Virus record (IMG/VR): IMGVR_UViG_3300020473_002209
Span: 62,621 to 126,620 of that record
Reading direction: 5' to 3' (one strand)
Length of the DNA stretch: 64,000 nt
Source: a virus
A model generated the notes under the pieces. That model made no database searches. It saw nothing but the letters and a program-made list of their open reading frames with translations, and had not been told where the DNA came from. The translations under genes were made by a program, and so were the position numbers. Positions 38,823 through 48,694 of this stretch are shown here, piece after piece. Positions within the stretch are counted from its first letter, which is position 1, and each line of letters begins with the position of its first letter.

Positions 38823-39491
38823 ATGCAACCTTATCTTACACGAGATTCGTCGGTCAGCGCGATTCGAAATATCAATAAGCTTTTCTGCCAGATCAAAGAG
38901 CTTTATTCAGCTCACGGAATCGACATTACAAATGATGTTGGCAGACAGAATATTTTGATATCAGCAGCTCAAGAGCACTTCTTCGCAAATGCTATTGATC
39001 AGTCATTCGGAACGTGCTCTAACGACGGCCGGACTGGTGCAGCAGACATTATTATCGAGTGTCTAGATGATCGTGAGCTAGAGTGTAAAGTTGTATGCCA
39101 GGGGAAAACAGGATCTTGGCATTTACAAGCTGACAAGGCGACATTAGTCAAAAAGGGAGAGTGCGATTTCCTTTACCTTCTTTTTGATAGAACCCATGAG
39201 AATGTTGGACTTCTTTTATTTACGGCTCTGACACCAGAAGACTTTAAAGATCCGTCACCAGGTTCGAGAGGTAAGGCTCGCCTAAACAAGCACACTGCGT
39301 TTAAGAAGTGTACACCGCTTATCGGATCGTTCGAGGATAAGAGGAAGATGTACATGCAAAAGTATGAAGATCAGCTAGCTGCAGCTAAAACAGAAAAAGA
39401 CCGACAAACTGCTGCACAAAAGCTGGAGCTGTGGTATAATAAAACATCACAATATAAAATTCAGCTGGAGGATATAAATGATATCTGCTAA
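38823..39491 (+). CDS. Putative PD-(D/E)xK nuclease
   Basis: AQEHF ... ADIIIE ... ELECK spacing. Confidence 0.5.
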   Translation: MQPYLTRDSSVSAIRNINKLFCQIKELYSAHGIDITNDVGRQNILISAAQEHFFANAIDQSFGTCSNDGRTGAADIIIECLDDRELECKVVCQGKTGSWHLQADKATLVKKGECDFLYLLFDRTHENVGLLLFTALTPEDFKDPSPGSRGKARLNKHTAFKKCTPLIGSFEDKRKMYMQKYEDQLAAAKTEKDRQTAAQKLELWYNKTSQYKIQLEDINDIC

Positions 39492-39921
39492 AGGATCGCT
39501 TGGGTCTGAGTTTAAGGTCGGGAATATTGTTTACTTCATCTCAAGTAAAACAGAGCAGGTAATTCCGGCCCTTGTCGCTGAAAAGATTACGCGGTCTTCT
39601 CTGGATGTCGGGGTAAGAGTCACGTACGTTCTGAAGGTGCGGCAAGGAAAGTCGTTTAAGTCTATAGAGGTCGACCCACAGAAGATTGAGTTGTTTGAAG
39701 ACCCAGCCGATGTAAAGACTTTTATGCTAGAGAGGACAGAGCAAGCGATTGATAAGCTTGTAGCAACAGCCACCGAAGCAGCTACACACCTGAGGCCTCC
39801 AAAGCCTCCCTCTGAAGAGGTGGCCACTGCACAAGCGCCAGATATAAATTTAGATATGCCAGTTGATGAGTCAATAGAAGTCGCTCTGCCAGATGGTCGA
39901 ACCGCAAAGTTGAGGATGTGA
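39478..39921 (+). CDS. Hypothetical protein with SH3-like N-terminus
   Basis: EFKVGNIVYF. Confidence 0.55.
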   Translation: MISAKGSLGSEFKVGNIVYFISSKTEQVIPALVAEKITRSSLDVGVRVTYVLKVRQGKSFKSIEVDPQKIELFEDPADVKTFMLERTEQAIDKLVATATEAATHLRPPKPPSEEVATAQAPDINLDMPVDESIEVALPDGRTAKLRM

Positions 39922-39922
39922 C

Positions 39923-40753
39923 ATGAAGCATTTATTACTAGATGCGAACAATCTAATGTTTCGTGCTCGCCATGCATGCGCAAGACGAAGCTATGACAAT
40001 GTTATTATTCACACCTTCTTTCGAAGCTTGAAGCCGATCATAGAAAAATTCTCTCCTGATTATGTGTATTTTGTTTTAGACGGATACCCGAAGAAGCGCA
40101 TGGAGATGCAACCAGATTATAAGGGCACGCGAAAGTATCATGATAAAGATGGGTTCCGCGCTCAAAAGAAATACGCTGAAAAAATTATTAGGGAGTCAGT
40201 ACCCTTTGTGACAGCTCGTCACCCTGAAGCTGAAGCAGACGATGTGATAGCAGATCTGGTATTGTGTCTTATCCCAGATGACCATGAAAAGATTATTGTC
40301 TCCAGTGACACAGACTTCATCCAGTTGTGTCAAGATGCTCCGAATACCTCACTCTATAATCCAATAAAGAAAGACTTCAGAGACGTTCCTGACTACCCTT
40401 ACGCGAGGTGGAAGGCTCTCCGCGGCGACAGCTCAGATAACATCACTGGGATTAAGGGAATTGGAAATAAGCGTGCCACGCAATTGCTAGAGCCAGGTAG
40501 GCTAACAGAATACTTCGATAAGTTTCCTGAGCACCGCCAAACGTACCTCCAGAATTTGGAGATGATCGCCTTGCAGCCGATGACAACTCGTGAAAGGTCA
40601 TCTGTAGAATATTCATTTCCAGACGAGTCTCTTGACACTTTACGAGAGGCCTTTACTACTTTAAAATTTAAAAGTATGATTACCGATAAAGCGTGGGGAA
40701 AATACGCCACACCGTTTATGGAGTTGAAAGATGGCCGGAAATACTTTACCTGA
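39923..40753 (+). CDS. Second 5'-3' exonuclease / flap endonuclease
   Basis: LLLDANNL, YKGTR, EADDVIA, SSDTDFIQL, GDSSDNI.GIKGIG. Confidence 0.92.
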   Translation: MKHLLLDANNLMFRARHACARRSYDNVIIHTFFRSLKPIIEKFSPDYVYFVLDGYPKKRMEMQPDYKGTRKYHDKDGFRAQKKYAEKIIRESVPFVTARHPEAEADDVIADLVLCLIPDDHEKIIVSSDTDFIQLCQDAPNTSLYNPIKKDFRDVPDYPYARWKALRGDSSDNITGIKGIGNKRATQLLEPGRLTEYFDKFPEHRQTYLQNLEMIALQPMTTRERSSVEYSFPDESLDTLREAFTTLKFKSMITDKAWGKYATPFMELKDGRKYFT

Positions 40754-40922
40754 GGAGCAGCTTGCGAGAATGCGCGCTTCGGGAGTTATAGAGAGCAATG
40801 AAATAGCAATGACAGAGGGAGACCTTCTAGTCGCAGTTAACGTGATTACTGGAGCGAGAAGACTGCTGCAGTCACCCCCATTAAGAGAGGGGTCTAGCAA
40901 TAAGAGGCTCTTGAAGGGATGA
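40731..40922 (+). CDS. Small hypothetical protein
   Basis: ORF. Confidence 0.55.
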   Translation: MAGNTLPEEQLARMRASGVIESNEIAMTEGDLLVAVNVITGARRLLQSPPLREGSSNKRLLKG

Positions 40923-42505
40923 TAGAGCAAGATAACAGGATCATAACTTTTTCAGATGAATCCAGAGAGCTAATTCGAGTTGGCGTTGAGAAGTTGGCAG
41001 ATGCTGTCCGTGTAACAATGGGCCCAAGCGGTAAGAATGTCTTAATTGAGCATCTCAATGCTCCCCCAACGTTGACCAAAGATGGTGTGACTGTTGCTAG
41101 GGCGATTAATTTACGAGATCGTTTTGCAAATTTAGGCGTTCAGCTTGTGCGTGAAGCAGCTCAACGTACAGCTGAAGAAGCTGGTGACGGAACAACCACT
41201 GCGACCGTGCTGGCTTGCGCTATCTTTCAGGAAGGATTGAAAGCATTAGCTGGCGGTCATGAATTGAGAGATATTCGATCAGGTATTCGAGAAGCTTCAG
41301 AGCAACTGTGCAAAGAAGTTAGCGCTAGCGCCGTTCCCGTTAAGTCAGATGAGGATCTCCAAAGGGTTGCCAACATTTCCGTGAATAACGAACCAGAGCT
41401 GGCTGATTTGATTGTTCAGGCGCTAAAAGCTGTAGGCAATCATGGGACCGTAACAGTAGATGAAGCAAAGGGGTTTGAGAGCTCTCTAGAGGTCGTAGAT
41501 GGCTGCGAATTAGATCGTGGGTATGTTTCACCATATTTTGTTAACAAGCCTGCCAGAATGTCTTGTGAGCTTGTTAAACCAGCTATTTTGGTTACTGACC
41601 AGCGAATAAGCTCTGTTCATGATATCATGCACTTTATGGAAGAAGCAGCAAGAGATAATCGTCCGTTGGTTGTAATTGGGCCAGAGACGACGGGCGACGC
41701 TCTTCAGGGATTGATACTGAATCATTCAAAAAATCTAATACGAGCTTGTGTTCTTGCAGCTCCTGAGTTTGGCACTTCACGTCTTGAAGCCCTACATGAT
41801 CTTGCGATATTGCTTGGTACCGAGCTTTTAACCGGTGAACCTTCGGGATGGAGATCAACAAAGCTTAGTGAATTGGGTTCCTGCAAGAAGATGACGTCAT
41901 ACAGGTTCAGAACAATTTTTATCGGTCCGGCTGGGACAGAAGAGAACGTGAATAATCGGATTAGCCAGATAAAAGAGGCTTCTATCGAGTATTCAGACGA
42001 CAAAGAGATGCTAAGTGTGTTTATTCGTAGGATCAAGCGCATGAATAGTGGCATTGGTATTTTACGAGTTGGCGGCTCTACCGAAGCAGAAATAAGCGAA
42101 AGAAAAGACAGGGTTGAAGATGCGCTTTATGCAACAAAGGCTGCAATGGAAGAAGGGATTGTTGCTGGGGGTGGATCCCTGCTCGCAAAGGTAGCGGAGT
42201 CTAGACTTAGGAAAGACAAGGGCACTTTGTCGATTGGTCATAAGATCTTGTATAACGCAGCCCAGCAGCCGCTTAAGCAGATTGCTTCGAATTGCGGCTC
42301 TGTTCCCGAAGTAATTCTAGAAAAAATAATTGAAAAACCCAAGAATTTTGGGTATAATGGAAATTCCGGGAAAGTTTGTAATCTAATGAAAGAAGGGATC
42401 GTTGATCCAGCAAAAGTAACAAGGCTTGCATTGCAAAATGCATCGAGCGTATCCATTAATTTACTCTCAATAGGATGCGCCATGGTTAGGGATGATGAGT
42501 TGTAG
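40919..42505 (+). CDS. groEL: Chaperonin GroEL (divergent)
   Basis: TMGPSGKNV, TKDGVTVA, AGDGTTTATVLA, DRGYVSPYF, KDRVEDAL.AT.AA.EEGIVAGGG, GIVDPAKV. Confidence 0.95.
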   Translation: MIEQDNRIITFSDESRELIRVGVEKLADAVRVTMGPSGKNVLIEHLNAPPTLTKDGVTVARAINLRDRFANLGVQLVREAAQRTAEEAGDGTTTATVLACAIFQEGLKALAGGHELRDIRSGIREASEQLCKEVSASAVPVKSDEDLQRVANISVNNEPELADLIVQALKAVGNHGTVTVDEAKGFESSLEVVDGCELDRGYVSPYFVNKPARMSCELVKPAILVTDQRISSVHDIMHFMEEAARDNRPLVVIGPETTGDALQGLILNHSKNLIRACVLAAPEFGTSRLEALHDLAILLGTELLTGEPSGWRSTKLSELGSCKKMTSYRFRTIFIGPAGTEENVNNRISQIKEASIEYSDDKEMLSVFIRRIKRMNSGIGILRVGGSTEAEISERKDRVEDALYATKAAMEEGIVAGGGSLLAKVAESRLRKDKGTLSIGHKILYNAAQQPLKQIASNCGSVPEVILEKIIEKPKNFGYNGNSGKVCNLMKEGIVDPAKVTRLALQNASSVSINLLSIGCAMVRDDEL

Positions 42506-42550
42506 TAATCAGTTTTTCCACGCTGGTATAATTAAATAAGGATAGAAAAT

Positions 42551-42847
42551 ATGCCGATCGCTAATAAAGATATTCCATACGTCCGTGAGGATCGTCTACA
42601 TAAAGAAATGAGCTTCCTCTCTTATAAGAGAGACCAGCTCCTGCGTCAGATTAGGAAAGAAAGAAAAGACGAGATTCTTGCAGAACGGTTGCATTCTATG
42701 GAAACAGATATTTGCTATATATTTAGAGAGCTCGAGCGACGCGCAGCCAGGAAGGTAGCACACCAAAAATTCATGCAGAAAAAAAATGCCAAAAGAAGTC
42801 ATTTTAAGCGTGATAATCGTGCAAATCGCAACAAAAATAGTGTATAA
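42551..42847 (+). CDS. Basic hypothetical protein
   Basis: ORF with upstream TGGTATAAT. Confidence 0.6.
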   Translation: MPIANKDIPYVREDRLHKEMSFLSYKRDQLLRQIRKERKDEILAERLHSMETDICYIFRELERRAARKVAHQKFMQKKNAKRSHFKRDNRANRNKNSV

Positions 42848-42903
42848 TATAAAAGACAGTAGGGAAAGACCTGTTGTTGTTTCACTAATCCCCGGAGGCC
42901 ATT

Positions 42904-43665
42904 TTGGTTTTAGAAAGTTATTTTAGCGAGGTTGGAAAACATTCACTTCTTACTCGTGCTGAAGAAGTTGAATTAGCGAAGGCTATTGAGGCTGGAGACC
43001 AGCTTGCACGCGATCGGATGATCCAAGCAAATCTTAGGCTTGCTATTTCGATTGCTAAGAATTTCCGCGACAAAGGTTGTTCTTTTGAAGACCTTGTACA
43101 AGAGTCTAACATCGGATTGATTCGAGCCGTTGATAGATTTGACTGGCGGAAAGGATTCAAATTTAGCACGTACGCTGTTTGGTGGATTCGCCAAGCGGTG
43201 CAATCGCACGTTGCAGGACAGTCGGGGGCTATTAAGATGCCCACGTCAGCGCGTGCTGTCTTGTATAAGGCGTACAAGTTCAGGGAAGAGTACACAGAAG
43301 CCTTTAAGTGCGAGCCATCTCCTCAGGAGGTTGCAACCGCTGTAGGTGTGCCTGTTGAGACGCTTAAGGCAATTCGCAAATCAGGTGCTCCACAAATCTC
43401 TCTTGATCGTCCTATCAATTCTGATGATTCGGGTAGCCGCACGTTTGCAGAGATTGTTGGTGGTGTTGATGACACAGACCCGGGTGACGAGCTTGACAAA
43501 GTCGTTATTCGTGAAACGCTTGTCGAGGCCCTTAAGGCTCTCTCATCGCGTGAGGAAAAGATCATTCGCTTGCGTTTCGGCCTCACCGAAGACGGTACAG
43601 ACCATGTAAATTTTCCAATCACAAACAAAGAACACAAAGAAGTAATTAAGCGAGGTGCAAAATGA
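42904..43665 (+). CDS. Sigma70-family (RpoD/RpoS-like) RNA polymerase sigma factor
   Basis: LLT..EE.ELA, ANLRL.ISIAK, DLVQE.NIGLIRAVDRFD..KGFKFSTYAVWWIRQA, LSSRE..IIRLRFGL. Confidence 0.92.
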   Translation: MVLESYFSEVGKHSLLTRAEEVELAKAIEAGDQLARDRMIQANLRLAISIAKNFRDKGCSFEDLVQESNIGLIRAVDRFDWRKGFKFSTYAVWWIRQAVQSHVAGQSGAIKMPTSARAVLYKAYKFREEYTEAFKCEPSPQEVATAVGVPVETLKAIRKSGAPQISLDRPINSDDSGSRTFAEIVGGVDDTDPGDELDKVVIRETLVEALKALSSREEKIIRLRFGLTEDGTDHVNFPITNKEHKEVIKRGAK

Positions 43666-43943
43666 GTATGCCAAAAGGATTCAAAGCAGACAATGGGTAC
43701 GCAACTGTAGGAGACAGAGGCGGCAAGGGCTATAGAGAGATCGCGGAGATTATGACAGGCGACGGCTTTCCTATGAAGCATTCTGCTGCCCGTAATTATT
43801 TCTTGTCAGGCATGAGAAAGCTCGCTGCACCGATTTGTGAAATGCACGGTTTGTCAAGTGATGAAGTAGACCGCATTGCTCTCGATCCTCGTTTTCAAGA
43901 GTCAGTTGCTGACATTATCGAAGAGGAAGGGATTTCATTATGA
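43662..43943 (+). CDS. HTH-like protein
   Basis: GYREIAEIMT...SAARN...GMRKL. Confidence 0.55.
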   Translation: MSMPKGFKADNGYATVGDRGGKGYREIAEIMTGDGFPMKHSAARNYFLSGMRKLAAPICEMHGLSSDEVDRIALDPRFQESVADIIEEEGISL

Positions 43944-44278
43944 TCAATCTCATCCTTGGCTATATCGATGATCTTCGAAGCCACACAGAGCTTTTAGAAG
44001 CTCTCAATTGGGATGATGAATTGACAGCAGAATTTACAAACGAGCTTAAGGCTATGCTTCTCGCAGCACCACCGAATGTTGACAAGGCTTTGTTCTGGTT
44101 AAAGAACACTCCTTGGGATTGCTTTGATGGCGGTGCAATGCCAGATTCAGTTGCTATAGCTGTAGAGAAGTGTATTCGTAAATCTGAAGCACTAGTAATG
44201 AAAGAAATAGCTGCGAGGAAAGACCAAGTCTATGCTCTTCCTCACGCTAACAAGAACGACGAACCGGAGTGGAATTAA
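43940..44278 (+). CDS. Hypothetical protein
   Basis: ORF. Confidence 0.6.
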   Translation: MINLILGYIDDLRSHTELLEALNWDDELTAEFTNELKAMLLAAPPNVDKALFWLKNTPWDCFDGGAMPDSVAIAVEKCIRKSEALVMKEIAARKDQVYALPHANKNDEPEWN

Positions 44279-44280
44279 AG

Positions 44281-44613
44281 ATGAGAACGTTTGACAGATA
44301 TATAAACAGAAGAAACATTACAGATCCCCATGCGTATTTCGCAGCGAAGGGTATTACGACAGATGAACAGCTTCATAAATGGTGCGAGAACCATGAAGTT
44401 GAGCCGCCGAGCATTTCGTTATTTGGCACAACACCAGCTCAAGAAGCCCCAGAGCCAGCGCCTAAAAAAGCCGCGGCTGCGAAGAAGGCTTCAGCAAAAA
44501 GAGTTACTGCCCCTGAAGACTCGACCGAGACGTGGCATGTACCGGCTGCAGAGCGCCCCCTTAAGAAGCAAGTTAAGAAGTCACCACCCAAGAAGCGTAA
44601 GGCTACGAAGTGA
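44281..44613 (+). CDS. Hypothetical protein with Lys/Ala-rich tail
   Basis: ORF. Confidence 0.6.
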   Translation: MRTFDRYINRRNITDPHAYFAAKGITTDEQLHKWCENHEVEPPSISLFGTTPAQEAPEPAPKKAAAAKKASAKRVTAPEDSTETWHVPAAERPLKKQVKKSPPKKRKATK

Positions 44614-44798
44614 GTGCAGCGTTAAAAAAGATATTGCCTTCATCATTACGAGAAGCGTTGTTTTCAGTAATGACATTTTGCAATGTAGGCGTTACAACTT
44701 TTTTTGTGATGATGGGGCATTATCCTGAAGCTGCGTTTAGTTGTGTGACTTCGCTGCTTTGTTTTGGCATGTGGGTTTCTGAAATTAACAAAAAATAG
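44610..44798 (+). CDS. Small membrane protein
   Basis: Two hydrophobic segments. Confidence 0.5.
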   Translation: MSAALKKILPSSLREALFSVMTFCNVGVTTFFVMMGHYPEAAFSCVTSLLCFGMWVSEINKK

Positions 44799-44809
44799 TA
44801 AGGGTTACT

Positions 44810-45466
44810 ATGTTTAGGAAGGTTCTAGAGTGGCCAGATTCCGCTCTTAAAAATAAGTCTGTTCCATTTACTCGTGAAGACCCAACGTCCTGGATCGATG
44901 ATTTACGAGACAGCTTTACTGTTACAGGGGGTCTAGGATTAGCCGCCCCACAGATCGGTATTTTTCGTCGAGCTATTGTCGTTAACCCATCTCATCTAAG
45001 CATTTCTGATGATGAAATGCTTTTAATGATAAACCCACGTCTAGAATTGTCGGGTGAGACTTATAAGAACAATGAGGGCTGTTTTTCTGTTCCGTACACA
45101 GCCGGAAATGTTCCGAGATATTCACATTGCAAAGTTGTGTTTTATAATGAAGATTGGGAGGAGCAGTGGTTAAATCTTCAAGGGCTAGCAGCAGCATGCG
45201 TTCAGCATGAAGTTGACCACCTTGATGGAATTCTTTATTTAGACAGAATGGGTCGTATGTCACGTCAGCTTCTTATCAAGAAGATAAAAAAGCAAAAAAA
45301 GAAGCTTGCAGATCTTGAAAGAGCGGCACAAGAAGAATTTGATAAAGACCATGCAGAGCTGCTAGCTGGGTTCGGTGGAAAAGAAAAGACTAAAACAACT
45401 CATTCGCGGAAAAGGAAGCCCAAACCGCGTAGAAAGAGCAAGAGGCAAAGAAGCCGTAAGAAGTAA
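44810..45466 (+). CDS. def: Peptide deformylase
   Basis: GLGLAAPQIG, EGCFS, QHEVDHLDG. Confidence 0.95.
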   Translation: MFRKVLEWPDSALKNKSVPFTREDPTSWIDDLRDSFTVTGGLGLAAPQIGIFRRAIVVNPSHLSISDDEMLLMINPRLELSGETYKNNEGCFSVPYTAGNVPRYSHCKVVFYNEDWEEQWLNLQGLAAACVQHEVDHLDGILYLDRMGRMSRQLLIKKIKKQKKKLADLERAAQEEFDKDHAELLAGFGGKEKTKTTHSRKRKPKPRRKSKRQRSRKK

Positions 45467-45702
45467 AGAGTTTGCTCCGGGCGATATTGTCATATATTCT
45501 TCGATTGTGAAAGATGCACTGTTTAAAGACGAGAATGACGGTAAGGTCTATCTGTGTTTAGGTGATGCTGAAAGTGATGATCTTGGCGTATTAGGCAGTC
45601 TTTTATCTGGCTCGTTTAATGATCTTCGAGTGATAGCAGTGCTGGAAGACTGTGGTGATGTGCATTTCTTTTTACCTGAAGAGTTAGAGGTAGCAAAAAA
45701 AA

Positions 45703-46038
45703 ATGATAAGTAATCTAATGTTAGACCATATAGCGATAAATGTTGATAGTATCGAGGATTCTGTTAGCTGGTATAGAGATGTTACGGGCGCGACAGTCGA
45801 TTATGCAGATGACACATGGGCGATGCTTGACGTTGAAGGGTCTAAGATCGCCTTGACAGTCACTTCACAACACCCACCGCACATCGCTTTTCGAGTCTCG
45901 ACATTAGAAGAATTGGGCTCTGAATATCGTGAACATCGTGACGGGAGCTGTTATGTTTATAAAGTAGATCCAAGTGGGAATACTATCGAATTAATCTATT
46001 GGAGAAGTAATGGCACAGAAGACGCTCAAGAGGGGTGA
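45703..46038 (+). CDS. VOC/glyoxalase-family protein
   Basis: LDHIAINV, HIAFRV, DPSGNTIEL. Confidence 0.85.
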   Translation: MISNLMLDHIAINVDSIEDSVSWYRDVTGATVDYADDTWAMLDVEGSKIALTVTSQHPPHIAFRVSTLEELGSEYREHRDGSCYVYKVDPSGNTIELIYWRSNGTEDAQEG

Positions 46039-46261
46039 TGTTGTGAGGCGCTCGATTCGCGGCGCAAGAGGATTTTTTTATCCTGACTTAAGCGGCAAAC
46101 AAATCATGGTCCGTGAAGACTGCTTGGCAGAATCACAGGTCGGGTGGAATCATTGCCAGAATTATGAGGCCTTTCATGCTCCTTGCACATCGTTTGCTGA
46201 AAAAGACAGATATGATTCTACGACAGAAAAGATGATTGTGTGGGTAGACAAGAATGGCTAA
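46010..46261 (+). CDS. Hypothetical protein
   Basis: ORF. Confidence 0.5.
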   Translation: MAQKTLKRGDVVRRSIRGARGFFYPDLSGKQIMVREDCLAESQVGWNHCQNYEAFHAPCTSFAEKDRYDSTTEKMIVWVDKNG

Positions 46262-46592
46262 AAAGAGAAAAGCAAGAGTTAGAAAGACAGATACATCTAA
46301 GTGGTCAAAGCCTAACCCAAATGTCAAGGTTACTAACCCCCACGTTACTTTATTGATACCAAGTGGGAAGTGTCCTGTAACTTTAGAGGGTAATGATAGG
46401 ACCGCAATTCGTGATTGGATTCTCGAGTTAACAAGGATTAAGCCTCCTAACACCACGTATCAGGCGTCTGTGTACAAGTATTGGGTGAGAGATTTCTACG
46501 AATCATATTCCCAAGAATACAAAGACGTAGGCGCTGTAATAGACACCATGGTTACTGGAAAAGTTAATAAGTTATCAGACATAGGAGTATAA
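46254..46592 (+). CDS. Hypothetical protein
   Basis: ORF. Confidence 0.6.
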   Translation: MAKKRKARVRKTDTSKWSKPNPNVKVTNPHVTLLIPSGKCPVTLEGNDRTAIRDWILELTRIKPPNTTYQASVYKYWVRDFYESYSQEYKDVGAVIDTMVTGKVNKLSDIGV

Positions 46593-46600
46593 AATGCCCA

Positions 46601-46957
46601 GTGTACTATCGAGCTAAAAATCTCGCCATCAATAATGGGAGAACATACCACCTGGCTGCCATTTTAAGAAGAAATGGTAGGGTTGTCAAGATCGGTGAGA
46701 ATACTGACAAGACTCACCCAAGATTTAAGCGACAATATGAGGATGGCACATGGGCTTCGCATATGCACGCAGAGATGAACGTCCTTAGGTTTGCGAAACC
46801 CGGGGATGAGATTGAAGTAATGCGCTTCAAAAAATGCAGCCATGAGATAACGATGGCAATGCCTTGCTCTCTTTGTATAGAGCAAATGCGTAAAGCTGGA
46901 ATTAAGAAGGTAAGATATACCAATTGGGAAGGCGAGTGGGAGACCATGGAAGTATGA
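46601..46957 (+). CDS. Zn-dependent cytidine/nucleotide deaminase-fold protein
   Basis: HAE ... PCSLC, AGIKKVRY. Confidence 0.8.
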   Translation: MYYRAKNLAINNGRTYHLAAILRRNGRVVKIGENTDKTHPRFKRQYEDGTWASHMHAEMNVLRFAKPGDEIEVMRFKKCSHEITMAMPCSLCIEQMRKAGIKKVRYTNWEGEWETMEV

Positions 46958-47235
46958 TAAGAAAAGGTTCTGTAGTAAGAAGGAAGCCAAATGATTTTTG
47001 CTCGCTAAGTCTTGCGCTGCGTTATGATGTTTTGACAGCTCTTTATCCACCCGAGTCAGAAATCTGCATTGTTACAGCAGGCCCTAAAGAAGTCGACTTA
47101 AGCACTCATGACCGTAACTACACGGGAAAAGTAAATTTAATAATTCTGAAAAAAGGGATCGAAGTGATTTATAATGGTAAATGGTACGGTCCTTGTGATA
47201 TAAACGCTTTTGAAGAGGTTAAAAAGAGTGGTTAG
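46954..47235 (+). CDS. Hypothetical protein
   Basis: ORF, coupled ATGA. Confidence 0.5.
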   Translation: MIRKGSVVRRKPNDFCSLSLALRYDVLTALYPPESEICIVTAGPKEVDLSTHDRNYTGKVNLIILKKGIEVIYNGKWYGPCDINAFEEVKKSG

Positions 47236-47406
47236 TGAATTATACCTTATCAAGAAATTAAAGGCTCTACCCAGGCAACTTTCTATTTTTTATCCCTTTG
47301 GGCTCTGCGGTGGAGAGATAGTACTCTGTATTCGGGAAAATTCAGAATTTGCAAAAGTGCTTTACTGCGGTGAGCTGTTCACTGTCCCTAGAGAATACTT
47401 ATCAGT

Positions 47407-47589
47407 ATGGGCATCATAGATCTTGGGACAATTGTAAAGCTTGGTGGCGGTGACATTGCTGTCGTTATTGGTTTACTTCATGGAGGTCCATTGGGAACGT
47501 TTTACACTATTCTGGTCGGTGATGAAGTCAGAGAGATTGATGATTCACAAATAATCGCGGTAGCACCTTTTGGAGATGAAGAACAATGA
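47407..47589 (+). CDS. Small SH3/KOW-like protein
   Basis: DLGTIVKL..GDIAVVIG. Confidence 0.5.
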   Translation: MGIIDLGTIVKLGGGDIAVVIGLLHGGPLGTFYTILVGDEVREIDDSQIIAVAPFGDEEQ

Positions 47590-47933
47590 GTGTAAACATA
47601 ATGTACTCTGCGTTGTGCTTTATAGGTTTACATGTCATGGTGTGGTTCTCGACCAATTTACAGTTTATGAGCGCACCATGGTCTGCAAAAAGCCTGTGGG
47701 TTTCATTAACACTGGCAATCCCAATTTCGATGCTTGCTTATTTCGGGTCGAGGTTTGGGTATAGCGCTCTTGGTGACTCCGCTTGGGGCGTAAGGTTTTT
47801 AGCGTTCTCTTTATCTTACCTAACATTTCCGTTTATGACGTATTATTTTTTGGGCGAATCGATGTTCACTCTTAAGACAATGCTTTGTATTATTTTGTCT
47901 TGTGCTATCTTAGCCATACAGCTTTTTATGTGA
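47586..47933 (+). CDS. Four-TM membrane protein (SMR/DMT-like)
   Basis: Four hydrophobic segments, YFLGE. Confidence 0.6.
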   Translation: MSVNIMYSALCFIGLHVMVWFSTNLQFMSAPWSAKSLWVSLTLAIPISMLAYFGSRFGYSALGDSAWGVRFLAFSLSYLTFPFMTYYFLGESMFTLKTMLCIILSCAILAIQLFM

Positions 47934-47944
47934 TATTTATAATC

Positions 47945-48694
47945 ATGGCTACATTCACTAGAGAAGACTTCGAGGATGTGTACTCAACTGCTCGTATGGC
48001 ACACATGGGGCAGAAGAGACGAACAGGCGCAGAGTATTTTACTCATCCCTCTGAAGTCAGAAATATCGTGCGCAAATATTACCCTGATGACTATGCCGCG
48101 CAGATGGTTGCTTTGCTTCACGACTCACTAGAAGATGCACCCGGCTCAACGGTGGGTTCAATTGAAGAGATGGAGTCTTTTATCCTCGGATCGATTGGTG
48201 ATCCTGCATCAGGCCAAGAAGTTGTCGACGCTGTTAGAAGCCTAACACACGCCAAGGGAACAGACTACGGGTCTTACGTTGCTTCTTTGCTGGGGAACCC
48301 GCTTGCGCTGAGGGTAAAGCTTTCTGACATGCTGCACAATCTTTCGTCATCCCCCTCACCCCGCCAGAAAAAGAAGTATGAAGATGCTTTAGCGATCGCC
48401 TCTGACACTGCGGGTGGAGTACCTACAGACATCAGTCCACAACATTGGGATGATTTAACATCTTTAACAGAAACATCTGACAGGCGCGCTTTAAGATTAC
48501 TAATAAGGGAATATATGAAACCCATAAGCACGATAGAAAAAGGCTGCACCGTACGTTGCACTGAAACCGGAAGAGTGGGTATTGTCTTAGAGAAGCGTAG
48601 GGGAGCTGATTGTATGTACGCTCGAGTGCTTTGGGACACCAACGAAACGACTCTTACTGAAACAGTTGAGCTTCAGCTAGTAAAGCCCGCTTAG
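47945..48694 (+). CDS. HD-domain hydrolase (RelA/SpoT hydrolase, Mesh1-like) with C-terminal SH3-like domain
   Basis: AH.GQKRR.G..YFTHP..V, ALLHDSLED, V..LT, VKLSDMLHN. Confidence 0.85.
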   Translation: MATFTREDFEDVYSTARMAHMGQKRRTGAEYFTHPSEVRNIVRKYYPDDYAAQMVALLHDSLEDAPGSTVGSIEEMESFILGSIGDPASGQEVVDAVRSLTHAKGTDYGSYVASLLGNPLALRVKLSDMLHNLSSSPSPRQKKKYEDALAIASDTAGGVPTDISPQHWDDLTSLTETSDRRALRLLIREYMKPISTIEKGCTVRCTETGRVGIVLEKRRGADCMYARVLWDTNETTLTETVELQLVKPA

